A DNA stretch of 64,000 nucleotides from Escherichia phage LYE-01. Shown piece by piece: positions 7,722 through 17,655 of this stretch (position 1 is the stretch's first letter; the number at the start of each line of letters is the position of its first letter). The notes beneath the pieces were generated by a model, which saw nothing but the letters and a program-made list of their open reading frames with translations, was not told the origin of the DNA and did not search any database. The translations under genes were made by a program, and so were the position numbers. The stretch lies in the sequence record PQ303785.1. One strand, 5' to 3'.

Positions 7722-9899
7722 ATGATTATCACCACTGAAAAAGAAACAATTCTTGGTAATGGTTCTAAATCAAAAGCATTTAGCATCACAGCGTCTCCTA
7801 AAGTATTTAAAATTCTGTCATCTGATTTGTATACAAACAAGATTCGCGCAGTGGTTCGTGAATTGATTACCAATATGATTGATGCCCATGCTCTTAATGG
7901 AAATCCTGAAAAATTTATCATTCAAGTTCCAGGACGATTAGATCCGCGATTTGTTTGCCGAGATTTTGGTCCAGGTATGAGCGATTTTGATATTCAGGGT
8001 GATGATAATTCTCCTGGGTTGTATAATTCATACTTCAGTTCATCTAAGGCTGAATCTAACGATTTCATTGGTGGATTTGGTTTAGGTTCTAAATCTCCGT
8101 TTAGTTATACTGATACGTTTAGTATTACTTCGTACCATAAAGGTGAAATTCGCGGTTATGTAGCTTATATGGATGGTGACGGTCCGCAGATTAAACCTAC
8201 ATTCGTAAAAGAAATGGGTCCAGACGATAAAACTGGTATTGAAATCGTAGTTCCAGTTGAAGAAAAAGACTTTAGAAACTTTGCTTATGAAGTTTCTTAT
8301 ATCATGCGACCATTCAAAGATTTGGCTATCATTAATGGTCTTGACCGCGAAATTGATTATTTTCCGGATTTTGATGATTATTACGGCGTAAATCCAGAAA
8401 GATACTGGCCAGATCGTGGTGGATTGTATGCTATCTATGGTGGTATTGTTTATCCTATTGATGGTGTTATTAAAGACCGTAACTGGTTGAGCATTCGCAA
8501 TGAAGTGAATTACATTAAGTTTCCAATGGGTTCACTTGATATTGCTCCATCACGTGAGGCTCTTTCATTAGATGATCGTACTCGTAAAAATATTATTGAG
8601 CGTGTTAAAGAGCTTAGTGAGAAGGCATTCAATGAAGATGTAAAACGATTTAAAGAATCTACATCTCCTCGTCATACATACCGTGAATTGATGAAGATGG
8701 GATATTCTGCTCGAGATTATATGATTAGTAATTCGGTCAAATTCACGACTAAAAATCTGTCATATAAAAAGATGCAGAGCATGTTTGAGCCTGATAGTAA
8801 GTTATGCAATGCAGGGGTTGTGTATGAAGTAAATCTTGACCCTCGACTGAAACGCATTAAACAAAGTCATGAAACTTCAGCCGTTGCATCAAGTTATCGT
8901 CTGTTTGGTATTAACACAACAAAAATTAATATCGTTATTGATAATATTAAAAATCGTGTTAATATTGTCCGTGGATTAGCACGTGCATTAGATGATAGTG
9001 AATTTAATAACACTTTGAATATTCATCACAATGAGCGTCTTCTGTTTATTAATCCGGAAGTAGAATCGCAGATTGATTTGCTTCCTGATATTATGGCAAT
9101 GTTTGAAAGTGATGAAGTTAACATTCATTATCTGTCAGAAATTGAGGCTTTAGTTAAAAGTTATATTCCAAAGGCAGTAAAAAGTACAGCTCCTCGTCCT
9201 AAAGCTGCTACTGCGTTTAAGTTTGAAATTAAAGACGGTCGCTGGGAAAAAGAGGAACTGTTTACGCTCACATCAGAAGCAGATGAAATTACTGGTTATG
9301 TAGCATACATGCATCGTTCTGATATTTTCTCTATGGATGGTACTACATCGCTTTGTCATCCATCTACGAATATTTTGATTCGTATGGCTAATCTTATTGG
9401 CATTAATGAATTTTATGTTATTCGTCCGCTTTTGCAGAAAAAGGTAAAAGAACTTGGTCAGTGCCAATGTATTTTTGAAACTTTGCGTGATTTATATGTA
9501 GATGCTTTTGATGATGTAGATTATGATAAGTATGTAGGTTATTCAAGTTCAGCTAAACGATATATTGATAAAATTATCAAGTATCCTGAACTAGATTTTA
9601 TGATGAAGTACTTCAGTGTAGATGAAGTTTCTGAAGAATATACACGACTCGCTAATATGGTTAGTTCATTACAGGGTGTATATTTCAACGGTGGAAAAGA
9701 TACCATCGGTCATGACATCTGGACAGTAACTAATCTTTTTGATGTATTATCAAATAATGCTTCAAAAAACAGTGATAAAATGGTTGCTGAGTTTACCAAG
9801 AAATTCCGTATTGTTTCCGACTTCATCGGTTATCGCAACTCTTTAAGTGATGATGAAGTTTCCCAAATCGCTAAAACTATGAAGGCCCTTGCGGCCTAA
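7722..9899 (+). CDS. rIIA: rIIA protein
   Basis: 725 aa, [15 protein letters not shown]-terminus, GAGGA SD. Confidence 0.9.
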   Translation: MIITTEKETILGNGSKSKAFSITASPKVFKILSSDLYTNKIRAVVRELITNMIDAHALNGNPEKFIIQVPGRLDPRFVCRDFGPGMSDFDIQGDDNSPGLYNSYFSSSKAESNDFIGGFGLGSKSPFSYTDTFSITSYHKGEIRGYVAYMDGDGPQIKPTFVKEMGPDDKTGIEIVVPVEEKDFRNFAYEVSYIMRPFKDLAIINGLDREIDYFPDFDDYYGVNPERYWPDRGGLYAIYGGIVYPIDGVIKDRNWLSIRNEVNYIKFPMGSLDIAPSREALSLDDRTRKNIIERVKELSEKAFNEDVKRFKESTSPRHTYRELMKMGYSARDYMISNSVKFTTKNLSYKKMQSMFEPDSKLCNAGVVYEVNLDPRLKRIKQSHETSAVASSYRLFGINTTKINIVIDNIKNRVNIVRGLARALDDSEFNNTLNIHHNERLLFINPEVESQIDLLPDIMAMFESDEVNIHYLSEIEALVKSYIPKAVKSTAPRPKAATAFKFEIKDGRWEKEELFTLTSEADEITGYVAYMHRSDIFSMDGTTSLCHPSTNILIRMANLIGINEFYVIRPLLQKKVKELGQCQCIFETLRDLYVDAFDDVDYDKYVGYSSSAKRYIDKIIKYPELDFMMKYFSVDEVSEEYTRLANMVSSLQGVYFNGGKDTIGHDIWTVTNLFDVLSNNASKNSDKMVAEFTKKFRIVSDFIGYRNSLSDDEVSQIAKTMKALAA

Positions 9900-9910
9900 T
9901 AAGGAAAATT

Positions 9911-10849
9911 ATGTACAATATTAAATGCCTGACCAAAAACGAACAAGCTGAAATTGTTAAACTGTATTCAAGTGGTAATTACACCCAACAGGAATTGGCT
10001 GATTGGCAAGGTGTATCGGTTGACACAATCCGTCGTGTTTTGAAAAATGCTGAAGAAGCTGAGCGTTCCAAAGTTACTATTAGCGGTGATATTACAGTTA
10101 AAGTTAAGAGTGATGTAGCTATTGCTTCAGTTGCTAAATCTGACATTATTTGGAATGCATCTAAAAAATTCATTTCAATTACTGTTGATGGCGTAACTTA
10201 CAACGCAACTCCTAATACTCATTCAAACTTCCAGGAAATTCTTAATCTGCTTGTTGCAGATAAATTGGAAGAAGCGGCACAAAAAATTAATGTTCGTCGC
10301 GCTGTTGAAAAATATATTTCCGGTGATGTTCGAATTGAAGGTGGAAGCCTGTTCTATCAAAATATTGAATTGCGGTCTGGTTTAGTTGATCGTATTCTCG
10401 ATTCGATGGAAAAAGGTGAAAACTTTGAATTTTATTTTCCGTTCTTGGAAAATCTGCTGGAAAACCCGAGCCAAAAAGCGGTATCTCGACTCTTTGATTT
10501 CTTGGTAGCAAACGATATTGAAATTACAGAAGACGGTTACTTCTATGCTTGGAAAGTAGTTCGCAGCAATTACTTTGACTGTCACTCAAATACCTTTGAT
10601 AACAGTCCTGGTAAAGTAGTTAAAATGCCACGTACTCGTGTGAATGACGATGATACACAAACTTGTTCTCGTGGTCTGCATGTGTGTTCTAAATCTTATA
10701 TTCGTCACTTTGGCAGTTCAACCAGTCGAGTTGTAAAAGTTAAAGTACATCCTCGCGATGTAGTATCAATTCCGATTGATTACAACGATGCTAAAATGCG
10801 TACCTGCCAATACGAAGTAATTGAAGACGTTACTGAACAATTTAAATAA
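9911..10849 (+). CDS. rIIB: rIIB protein
   Basis: 312 aa, MYNIKCLTKNEQAEI N-terminus, follows rIIA. Confidence 0.9.
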   Translation: MYNIKCLTKNEQAEIVKLYSSGNYTQQELADWQGVSVDTIRRVLKNAEEAERSKVTISGDITVKVKSDVAIASVAKSDIIWNASKKFISITVDGVTYNATPNTHSNFQEILNLLVADKLEEAAQKINVRRAVEKYISGDVRIEGGSLFYQNIELRSGLVDRILDSMEKGENFEFYFPFLENLLENPSQKAVSRLFDFLVANDIEITEDGYFYAWKVVRSNYFDCHSNTFDNSPGKVVKMPRTRVNDDDTQTCSRGLHVCSKSYIRHFGSSTSRVVKVKVHPRDVVSIPIDYNDAKMRTCQYEVIEDVTEQFK

Positions 10850-10863
10850 GGGCTTCGGCCCTT
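10849..10863 (+). terminator. hairpin after rIIB
   Basis: AGGGC-TTCG-GCCCT; weak U-run. Confidence 0.45.
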
Positions 10864-10877
10864 AACTAAGGAAAATT

Positions 10878-11072
10878 ATGTTAGGTTATCAAGCACGAGT
10901 AAAAGAAGAATACGATCAATTAATGCTCAAAATTAATGCACTGAGCAAATTTTTAGAAAGCACAAAGTTTCTAACGATTAATGAAGTTGAGCAAGAACTG
11001 TTGCTTTCACAATTTATCTCAATGAAATCTTACGCAGATTGTTTAGAGAAAAGAATTGCACAATTCAAATAA
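10878..11072 (+). CDS. hypothetical protein
   Basis: ORF track; bracketed by hairpin terminators. Confidence 0.45.
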   Translation: MLGYQARVKEEYDQLMLKINALSKFLESTKFLTINEVEQELLLSQFISMKSYADCLEKRIAQFK

Positions 11073-11076
11073 AATA

Positions 11077-11099
11077 AGGGGCTTCGGCCCTTTTGTTTT
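11077..11099 (+). terminator. rho-independent terminator
   Basis: GGGC-TTCG-GCCC then TTTTGTTTT. Confidence 0.6.
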
Positions 11100-11110
11100 A
11101 AGGAAAAATT

Positions 11111-11440
11111 ATGATTTATTGTATGAATATCGGTGATTCCGACATAAAAGAGATTAAACTGCACGGAAATCATCACGCTAATATTGTGTACTGCAATAAA
11201 TTTGAGTTTGGTCACGAAAAACTTGGGTTTCTTTACTGCAATGATGTTATAGTCATGGATAAAAAGAAACTCGATGAACTTGACCGTGAGTCTTTAAATG
11301 AAAATGATCGAATTTATTATGGTACTCTTAAAGTATATAACGCTTATCTTAGTGGTAAAAAGGAAAGTCTAAATGCAGAAAACGAATCCAGGTTTACAGA
11401 GACTATTTCAGATTCCGACATTTACCCTATCGAACAGTGA
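11111..11440 (+). CDS. hypothetical protein (denB.1 position)
   Basis: ORF track; overlaps denB start. Confidence 0.45.
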   Translation: MIYCMNIGDSDIKEIKLHGNHHANIVYCNKFEFGHEKLGFLYCNDVIVMDKKKLDELDRESLNENDRIYYGTLKVYNAYLSGKKESLNAENESRFTETISDSDIYPIEQ

Positions 11441-11930
11441 CTTGACTAGTGAAATGAAGGTCAAAATTGCTGATACAGCAAGATACTCTTTAAAACAAAA
11501 TCCTAATCAGGATAAAGCAGAAGTTATTGAAAGATGTCGCATCGCTGTGTACGCAGAATTTTTTGTAGCAGATTGGCTAAGCGGGTATGTTAACAAAGGC
11601 CAAGAGGATGTTAATGACCCGTATACATATGCGTGGGATGTACTGGCGCATCCAAAATACTGCGGGCTTCGTGTAGAAGTCAAAACACATCAAACTGACT
11701 CACGTTGGATTTCGGTAACAACCGGATGCAGCGGAGAGTATCCATACGGTTCTGGAATAAATCTAGGGCCCATTCTGAATCATCAAGTCGCTGACTGTAT
11801 AATTATATTCAACACTAAAGAAATTCATCCAGGTGTCATCCAGTACACTCCGAAGTTCATCGGTGATAGAGAAGACCTTCGTAAGGTTGTAAGAAAAAGC
11901 AACTACAACGGATGGTATCTTTCCATTTAA
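11373..11930 (+). CDS. denB: endonuclease IV (DenB)
   Basis: 185 aa (T4 DenB length); position after rIIB. Confidence 0.7.
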   Translation: MQKTNPGLQRLFQIPTFTLSNSDLTSEMKVKIADTARYSLKQNPNQDKAEVIERCRIAVYAEFFVADWLSGYVNKGQEDVNDPYTYAWDVLAHPKYCGLRVEVKTHQTDSRWISVTTGCSGEYPYGSGINLGPILNHQVADCIIIFNTKEIHPGVIQYTPKFIGDREDLRKVVRKSNYNGWYLSI

Positions 11931-11946
11931 AAATTTTCACAAAACG

Positions 11947-11976
11947 GTTTACATACCACAAGGACTGTGGTACTAT
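11947..11976 (+). promoter_or_regulatory. early promoter
   Basis: A/T tract, GTTTAC 11947-11952, TGTGG then TACTAT 11971-11976. Confidence 0.6.
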
Positions 11977-12010
11977 ACAACTATCAACTGATACGGATTT
12001 GGAGAATAAA

Positions 12011-12217
12011 ATGTTTACTACAGCTGAATTAAAACGAGCAAAAGCTAAGAAAGGGCAAGGAAAATATAAAGCTGAATTAGTTAAAGAACTTCAGTTTGCT
12101 GAGGCTGAATTGAATTCAATGATTATTCAAAATGCTCCAGAAACTGAAATTGCTCTTAAACGTATTGCGAATAAGTGTCTTCGTGATGCAATCGTCGTTC
12201 TTTTAGCGGATTATTGA
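12011..12217 (+). CDS. hypothetical 68-aa protein
   Basis: Track ORF 11912-12217 starts inside denB and upstream of the promoter; ATG 12011 follows GGAG. Confidence 0.5.
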   Translation: MFTTAELKRAKAKKGQGKYKAELVKELQFAEAELNSMIIQNAPETEIALKRIANKCLRDAIVVLLADY

Positions 12218-12245
12218 GTAAAATGAAAATCGTTGAGATTGAACT

Positions 12246-12332
12246 ATGAGTTCATTATGGTGGTGTTTCATTTGGTTAATTAGTATTCCATTAATTTGTT
12301 TAACATTTACTTTTGTGATGAGGTTATTATGA
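12246..12332 (+). CDS. hydrophobic micro-ORF (28 aa)
   Basis: MSSLWWCFIWLISIPLICLTFTFVMRLL; below track cutoff. Confidence 0.35.
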   Translation: MSSLWWCFIWLISIPLICLTFTFVMRLL

Positions 12333-12427
12333 AAATTTTGAATTCTGTACTTATTGCTTGTGCGTGGTGGGTTGCGCAAGTTTCGGCAGTAGTGATTGGT
12401 ATTCACATTTATTACGAATATTTTTAA
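12329..12427 (+). CDS. hydrophobic micro-ORF (32 aa)
   Basis: MKILNSVLIACAWWVAQVSAVVIGIHIYYEYF; start overlaps previous stop. Confidence 0.35.
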   Translation: MKILNSVLIACAWWVAQVSAVVIGIHIYYEYF

Positions 12428-12434
12428 AAAAGTT

Positions 12435-12464
12435 GTTTACAAGACTGTTCCTCTGTGGTATTAT
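12435..12464 (+). promoter_or_regulatory. early promoter
   Basis: GTTTAC 12435-12440, TATTAT 12459-12464. Confidence 0.6.
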
Positions 12465-12492
12465 TACTCTATCAACTACGGAGGAACAGAAA

Positions 12493-12606
12493 ATGAAAAA
12501 GATTGTTAAAGCTATATGGAATGTAGTTATAATACTAGTAGTTTTGAGTATATTCCCAATCGTTTTAATGATTGATGTATTAAACGCTTACTTTGGATTT
12601 ATGTGA
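12493..12606 (+). CDS. hydrophobic micro-ORF (37 aa)
   Basis: MKKIVKAIWNVVIILVVLSIFPIVLMIDVL...; ATG after GGAGGAACAG and an early promoter. Confidence 0.45.
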   Translation: MKKIVKAIWNVVIILVVLSIFPIVLMIDVLNAYFGFM

Positions 12607-12613
12607 GGAAAAT

Positions 12614-12811
12614 ATGAAGCGTAAACGCAGTGCTTTTACATTTATTGAATGGTTTTTCGATAATATTTTTCCGGCTTTATTCATTTTCATGTTGATTTTC
12701 GCCTTAGGTTCTGTTGTAGTTGGAATCTATTTGATGGCAGTTGTCGGAATGGATATTCACCAAAATGGTTTAAAATCTGTGGTTGAAACAATTTGGAATG
12801 GTGTAAAATGA
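12614..12811 (+). CDS. small membrane protein (65 aa)
   Basis: ATG 12614 after GAGGA; MKRKRSAF then two hydrophobic helices. Confidence 0.5.
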   Translation: MKRKRSAFTFIEWFFDNIFPALFIFMLIFALGSVVVGIYLMAVVGMDIHQNGLKSVVETIWNGVK

Positions 12812-12918
12812 TGAATTTACTAAACATTTGGTTTTATATTCTTATGTTTTACATTGGCGCAAATATCCCATATTGGATGGGATGGTCAACAACTGCATTT
12901 GGATTTTATACTCCCTGA
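12808..12918 (+). CDS. hydrophobic micro-ORF (36 aa)
   Basis: MMNLLNIWFYILMFYIGANIPYWMGW...; overlaps previous stop. Confidence 0.35.
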   Translation: MMNLLNIWFYILMFYIGANIPYWMGWSTTAFGFYTP

Positions 12919-12926
12919 GGTGAATT

Positions 12927-13142
12927 ATGAAAATCTTTAAAGATGTAAAAGTTGGTGAAATTTTTTGCTTAGATAGTGGTGATCAGTTAATTCGTATTTC
13001 ACCTCTTAAGAGCACTAGCGAGAAAATGACGGTTAATGCTACTTTAGCAAATAACAGTAATGAACGTTTCTGTATTGAAAATGATACTGAAACTTATACT
13101 GTAGAAGAGTTCTGGGAATTGAGCGTCGCCTGCGACGATTAA
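12927..13142 (+). CDS. hypothetical 71-aa protein
   Basis: ORF track, GAGG SD. Confidence 0.5.
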   Translation: MKIFKDVKVGEIFCLDSGDQLIRISPLKSTSEKMTVNATLANNSNERFCIENDTETYTVEEFWELSVACDD

Positions 13143-13148
13143 TTTATC

Positions 13149-13170
13149 GGCCGTATGAATTCATACGGCC
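13149..13170 (+). terminator. perfect 22-nt palindrome before ndd
   Basis: GGCCGTATGAATTCATACGGCC (contains GAATTC); no U-run. Confidence 0.35.
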
Positions 13171-13202
13171 TTGGAGTAGAAAATAATTTAGAGGAAATTA
13201 AC

Positions 13203-13658
13203 ATGAAATATATGACTGTTACTGATTTGAATAATGCAGGCGCAACTGTTATTGGTACAATCAAGGGCGGTGAATGGGTTTTTGGAACTCCGCATAAAGA
13301 CATTTTGTCTAACCCTGGATTTTACTTTTTAGTGAGTAAATTTGGTGGTCCATTTGATAGTCCGTGTGTATCTGCACGATTTTATGTAGGTAATCAGCGT
13401 TCTAAGCAAGGATTCAGTGCAGTTCTAAGTCATATTCGTCAGCGTCGGTCTCAGCTTGCGCGTACTATTGCAAATAACAATGTTCCATACACAGTATTTT
13501 ATCTACCTTCTTCTAAGATGAAACCTCTGACGACGGGATTTGGAAAAGGTCAGTTAGCTTTAGCGTTTACTCGTAATCATCATTCTGAGTATCAAACGCT
13601 TGAAGAAATGAACCGTATGTTGGCTGATAACTTTAAATTTGTTTTGCAGGCATATTAA
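13203..13658 (+). CDS. ndd: nucleoid disruption protein Ndd
   Basis: From ATG 13203 (after GAGGA) 151 aa equals T4 Ndd; track start 13155 lies inside a palindrome. Confidence 0.7.
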
Positions 13659-13738
13659 TGAGTAATTTCCATAACGAACATGTGATGCAGTTTTATCGTA
13701 ATAATCTTAAAACTAAAGGCGTCTTCGGACGCCAGTGA
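13658..13738 (+). CDS. stp: Stp peptide (26 aa)
   Basis: [26 protein letters not shown] matches my recollection of T4 Stp; below track cutoff. Confidence 0.75.
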
Positions 13739-13745
13739 GGAAAAT

Positions 13746-13901
13746 GTGAATATTGCAAAATTATTAGGAGTTATTTCATTTATTTGTTGGATAGTAGCAT
13801 GTGTTTTAACTATCTGTATTGATGCCAGCAGCGTGTTTTCGCAAGCTTTAGCTCAGGGTATGTGTGCATATTTAACATTTGCGTTGTTATCTAATGATTA
13901 A
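13746..13901 (+). CDS. ac: Ac-like small membrane protein (51 aa, GTG start)
   Basis: 51 codons from GTG 13746; single hydrophobic helix; position between stp and gene 52. Confidence 0.55.
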   Translation: MNIAKLLGVISFICWIVACVLTICIDASSVFSQALAQGMCAYLTFALLSND

Positions 13902-14034
13902 GAAAATCTTGGGCTATTCATTAGCCCTTGCTACTTTATTGGTAGCACTATATTATGGAGTAATGTTCGGATTAATTCAAGTCGTGCTTTTCATTTCTGA
14001 TGTTATTATGGCACTACATTCACTAGTATGGTAA
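13894..14034 (+). CDS. small membrane protein (46 aa; 52.1 position)
   Basis: MIKKILGYSLALATLLVALYYGVMFGLIQVV...; ends 5 nt before gene 52. Confidence 0.4.
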   Translation: MIKKILGYSLALATLLVALYYGVMFGLIQVVLFISDVIMALHSLVW

Positions 14035-14038
14035 ATTT

Positions 14039-15367
14039 ATGCAACTGAATAATCGCGATTTAAAAAGTATCATTGATAATGAAGCATTGGCTTATGCTAT
14101 GTACACGGTTGAAAATCGTGCTATTCCAAATATGATTGATGGATTTAAGCCAGTTCAACGATTTGTTATCGCTCGAGCTCTTGATTTGGCGCGGGGAAAT
14201 AAAGATAAGTTTCACAAACTCGCTTCTATTGCAGGTGGTGTAGCTGACCTTGGATATCATCATGGCGAAAACTCTGCACAAGATGCGGGGGCTTTGATGG
14301 CTAACACTTGGAATAATAACTTTCCTTTGTTAGATGGTCAAGGAAACTTTGGTTCTCGTACCGTTCAAAAAGCAGCGGCAAGCCGTTATATTTTTGCTCG
14401 TGTAAGTAAAAATTTCTATAACGTATATAAAGATACTGAATATGCTCCGGTACATCAAGATAAAGAACACATTCCTCCTGCTTTCTATTTGCCTATTATT
14501 CCTACTGTTCTTCTTAATGGTGTTTCCGGTATTGCAACTGGTTATGCAACTTACATTCTTCCTCATAGTGTTTCTTCTGTCAAGAAAGCTGTACTACAAG
14601 CTCTTCAAGGAAAGAAAGTAACTAAACCGAAGGTAGAATTCCCAGAATTTCGTGGTGAAGTCGTTGAGATTGACGGGCAATATGAAATTCGTGGAACATA
14701 TAAGTTTACTTCACGAACTCAAATGAATATCACTGAGATTCCGTATAAGTATGATCGTGAAACTTATGTGAGTAAAATCTTAGACCCGCTTGAAGATAAG
14801 GGCTTCATTACATGGGATGATGCTTGCGGTGAGCATGGTTTTGGCTTTAAAGTTAAATTCCGCAAAGAATATTCTTTGAGCGATAACGAAGAAGAACGCC
14901 ATGCAAAAATTATGAAAGACTTTGGGTTGATTGAGCGTCGTTCCCAAAATATTACAGTCATCAACGAGAAAGGAAAGTTACAAGTTTACGATAACGTAGT
15001 TGATTTAATTAAAGACTTCGTTGAAGTTCGTAAAACTTATGTCCAAAAACGAATTGATAACAAAATCAAAGAAACTGAATCAGCATTTCGTTTAGCCTTT
15101 GCCAAGGCGCATTTCATTAAGAAAGTAATTTCAGGTGAAATCGTTGTACAGGGTAAAACTCGTAAAGAACTGACCGAAGAACTTTCTAAAATTGATATGT
15201 ATTCTTCTTATGTTGATAAACTAGTTGGAATGAATATTTTTCATATGACTTCCGACGAAGCAAAGAAACTTGCTGAAGAAGCTAAAGCTAAGAAAGAAGA
15301 AAACGAATATTGGAAAACTACTGATGTAGTTACAGAATACACCAAAGATTTAGAGGAAATCAAATGA
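14039..15367 (+). CDS. 52: DNA topoisomerase II medium subunit (GyrA-like)
   Basis: 442 aa; breakage-reunion domain motifs; T4 gp52 length. Confidence 0.9.
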   Translation: MQLNNRDLKSIIDNEALAYAMYTVENRAIPNMIDGFKPVQRFVIARALDLARGNKDKFHKLASIAGGVADLGYHHGENSAQDAGALMANTWNNNFPLLDGQGNFGSRTVQKAAASRYIFARVSKNFYNVYKDTEYAPVHQDKEHIPPAFYLPIIPTVLLNGVSGIATGYATYILPHSVSSVKKAVLQALQGKKVTKPKVEFPEFRGEVVEIDGQYEIRGTYKFTSRTQMNITEIPYKYDRETYVSKILDPLEDKGFITWDDACGEHGFGFKVKFRKEYSLSDNEEERHAKIMKDFGLIERRSQNITVINEKGKLQVYDNVVDLIKDFVEVRKTYVQKRIDNKIKETESAFRLAFAKAHFIKKVISGEIVVQGKTRKELTEELSKIDMYSSYVDKLVGMNIFHMTSDEAKKLAEEAKAKKEENEYWKTTDVVTEYTKDLEEIK

Positions 15368-15513
15368 GTCCATTTATAGGTATTACAAGCGCGGCATTAG
15401 TATCTGGTGGCATTTTACTAGCGGGGGTAGGTGTTGTTCCAGCCGTAGCAGGAGGTCTTCTTGCATTCGGAATTCAACGCGTTATCATGACAGTTATCAC
15501 AGTCATGCAGTAA
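15364..15513 (+). CDS. hydrophobic 49-aa protein (motA.1 position)
   Basis: ATGA overlap with gene 52 stop; glycine-rich transmembrane peptide; followed by terminator. Confidence 0.4.
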   Translation: MSPFIGITSAALVSGGILLAGVGVVPAVAGGLLAFGIQRVIMTVITVMQ

Positions 15514-15518
15514 TTTTA

Positions 15519-15546
15519 GGGAGAGCCTCGGCTCTCCCTTTTTTAT
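15519..15546 (+). terminator. rho-independent terminator
   Basis: GGGAGAGC-CTCG-GCTCTCCC then TTTTTTAT. Confidence 0.7.
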
Positions 15547-15569
15547 TTCAAAATTTTTTTCACAAAACG

Positions 15570-15599
15570 GTTTACAACCAAAGCATACTGTGGTACTAT
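15570..15599 (+). promoter_or_regulatory. early promoter for motA
   Basis: A/T tract, GTTTAC 15570-15575, TACTAT 15594-15599. Confidence 0.6.
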
Positions 15600-15640
15600 A
15601 CAACTATCAACTACTGATACAGAATTACGGAGATTAGAAA

Positions 15641-16276
15641 ATGTCTAAAGTAACTTACATCATCAAAGCTTCTAACGATGTTCTGAATGAAAAAACTGCT
15701 GCGATTTTAATTACCATTGCTAAGAAAGATTTCATTACAGCTGCAGAAGTTCGTGAGGTGCATCCAGATTTAGGTAATGCAGTAGTTAATAGTAATATTG
15801 GGGTATTGATTAAAAAAGGCCTGGTGGAGAAATCTGGTGATGGATTAATCATTACAGGTGAAGCTCAGGATATTATTTCAAATGCAGCAACTTTATACGC
15901 ACAGGAAAACGCTCCTGAACTGCTGAAAAAACGAGCAACTCGTAAAGCTCGTGAGATTACTTCTGATATGGAAGAAGATAAAGACTTCATGTTAAAACTT
16001 TTAGATGAAAATGGATTTGTTCTTAAAAAGGTTGAAACTTATCGTAGTAACTATCTCGCTATTTTAGAAAAACGCACTCACGGAATTCGTAATTTTGAAA
16101 TTAACAACAATGGAAATATGCGAATTTTTGGATACAAAATGATGGAACATCATATTCAGAAATTTACTGATATCGGAATGTCATGTAAAATCGCTAAAAA
16201 CGGTAATGTGTATCTTGACATTAAACGCTCGGCAGAAAACATTGAAGCTGTAATCACCGTAGCATCTGAACTGTGA
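15641..16276 (+). CDS. motA: middle-transcription activator MotA
   Basis: 211 aa, MSKVTYIIKASNDVLNEKTAAIL N-terminus. Confidence 0.9.
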   Translation: MSKVTYIIKASNDVLNEKTAAILITIAKKDFITAAEVREVHPDLGNAVVNSNIGVLIKKGLVEKSGDGLIITGEAQDIISNAATLYAQENAPELLKKRATRKAREITSDMEEDKDFMLKLLDENGFVLKKVETYRSNYLAILEKRTHGIRNFEINNNGNMRIFGYKMMEHHIQKFTDIGMSCKIAKNGNVYLDIKRSAENIEAVITVASEL

Positions 16277-16286
16277 GGAATAAATA

Positions 16287-16616
16287 ATGAACAAGTTAGA
16301 AATTGTCAATGAACTTCGTCGTTGCGCAGAACCTACTCAAGAGGGATGGGACATTTGGTACCATGGGGCTTATCTTGGAACTATTGTAAAGATTAAGACT
16401 GGCAAATACATGATTATTCGTGAAAGTAAAGATGCTCCAGTAGGTATTCGCAATAATTTCATGGCAGCGATAAGTTCCTTTACGGATTCAGCTTACGAAA
16501 TTTACCTTGCCGATTATAAAGAATTCCAGGAATCTCAACCAGTTATTCGCTCAATTGGTGTTAACAAAGCTCAACAGAAAACTTTATGGCAACGTATTAA
16601 AGGATGGTTTAAATGA
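16287..16616 (+). CDS. hypothetical protein (arn.4 position)
   Basis: ORF track. Confidence 0.5.
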   Translation: MNKLEIVNELRRCAEPTQEGWDIWYHGAYLGTIVKIKTGKYMIIRESKDAPVGIRNNFMAAISSFTDSAYEIYLADYKEFQESQPVIRSIGVNKAQQKTLWQRIKGWFK

Positions 16617-17074
16617 ACCCATTTATTAATCGTTTAAAAATGCTGAATGTTCCTTTATCTCGTGAAACTCCAGAAAGTCTTGCTGAAAAATTTAAAGCGC
16701 ATGGTTATAAATGCACAGAAGAAGATATTTTAAAAGAAGTTCCTGAAATCTGTTGGCAGTCTGCATACTGGGATGAAAACCAAAAGTACCAACGACGGAT
16801 TGTTTGCGCAGCCAACCGTTTTAAATTAAAAGATGGACGAACTCTTATTATTCCGGGTGCTCGTCATTATTCTAAAGATATGGCCGAAGTTTTAGATGTA
16901 GTTAAACCCCAATTAGTTACTCAGCAAGTTTGTGATGATGACCAAGGGTTTATTGACCAATATAGTAATTATTGGACACGTGAAGAAGCAATGATTATTG
17001 CAACTTACGCTGGACAAGTACGTATTGAACGTGGTGGCAGTGAAAAAGAACTTTACTCTGAGGACCTTTACTAA
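16613..17074 (+). CDS. hypothetical protein (arn.3 position)
   Basis: ORF track. Confidence 0.5.
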   Translation: MNPFINRLKMLNVPLSRETPESLAEKFKAHGYKCTEEDILKEVPEICWQSAYWDENQKYQRRIVCAANRFKLKDGRTLIIPGARHYSKDMAEVLDVVKPQLVTQQVCDDDQGFIDQYSNYWTREEAMIIATYAGQVRIERGGSEKELYSEDLY

Positions 17075-17370
17075 TGAATATTAAAAAGTTTCAAATTGAT
17101 GGAATTACTAATCAAATCCAGGCATTGGAATATGCCAATAAAATGATGTCAACTAATTGGGGAATTTATGCTAATGAACCTGCATTTCAGTTTTGTGATA
17201 TGGAATTAACTAAAAAGCTCGTAGGAAAAGATTATGTATGTCCATTTAGTTCTCCAGTAAATGGAATGTTAAAACCTGCTTTACGCGATCTTTATATTGC
17301 GATGAACGAAGAGATGATAAAAGAGCTAAAACGTCAACTGAAGGTGATTCAATTTGGCCAGGGAAATTAA
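17074..17370 (+). CDS. hypothetical protein (arn.2 position)
   Basis: ORF track. Confidence 0.5.
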   Translation: MNIKKFQIDGITNQIQALEYANKMMSTNWGIYANEPAFQFCDMELTKKLVGKDYVCPFSSPVNGMLKPALRDLYIAMNEEMIKELKRQLKVIQFGQGN

Positions 17371-17572
17371 TTCAAAATCAGATTATTTTAATTCTCTCAA
17401 CGATAAAGATAAAAATCTAATACGGCACTTTATCGTTGAGATGGGATATACTGACACACGTGATTTAAGAGAACATATATTTGAGTGTGGTGTAGCTAAA
17501 AAGTTTTCATTCACATGCAAATGTTTAAGAGAGGTAATTCAGCATTATGAACAATTTAGTAGCAAAACATAA
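17354..17572 (+). CDS. hypothetical protein, start codon unclear (TTG in track)
   Basis: ORF track only; no in-frame ATG near the 5' end. Confidence 0.3.
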   Translation: MAREINSKSDYFNSLNDKDKNLIRHFIVEMGYTDTRDLREHIFECGVAKKFSFTCKCLREVIQHYEQFSSKT

Positions 17573-17655
17573 TTTTAATAAAGCTTCTGTCCATAAGGAT
17601 AAAAAGAAAGCGTTTAAAGAATCTAATCGCAAACAGAAACATAAGGGGAAGGTCT

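Noticed and set aside
11912-12010. 5' extension of the ORF 11912-12217
   Set aside because: The extension lies inside denB and upstream of the early promoter at 11947; ATG 12011 with GGAG is the plausible start.
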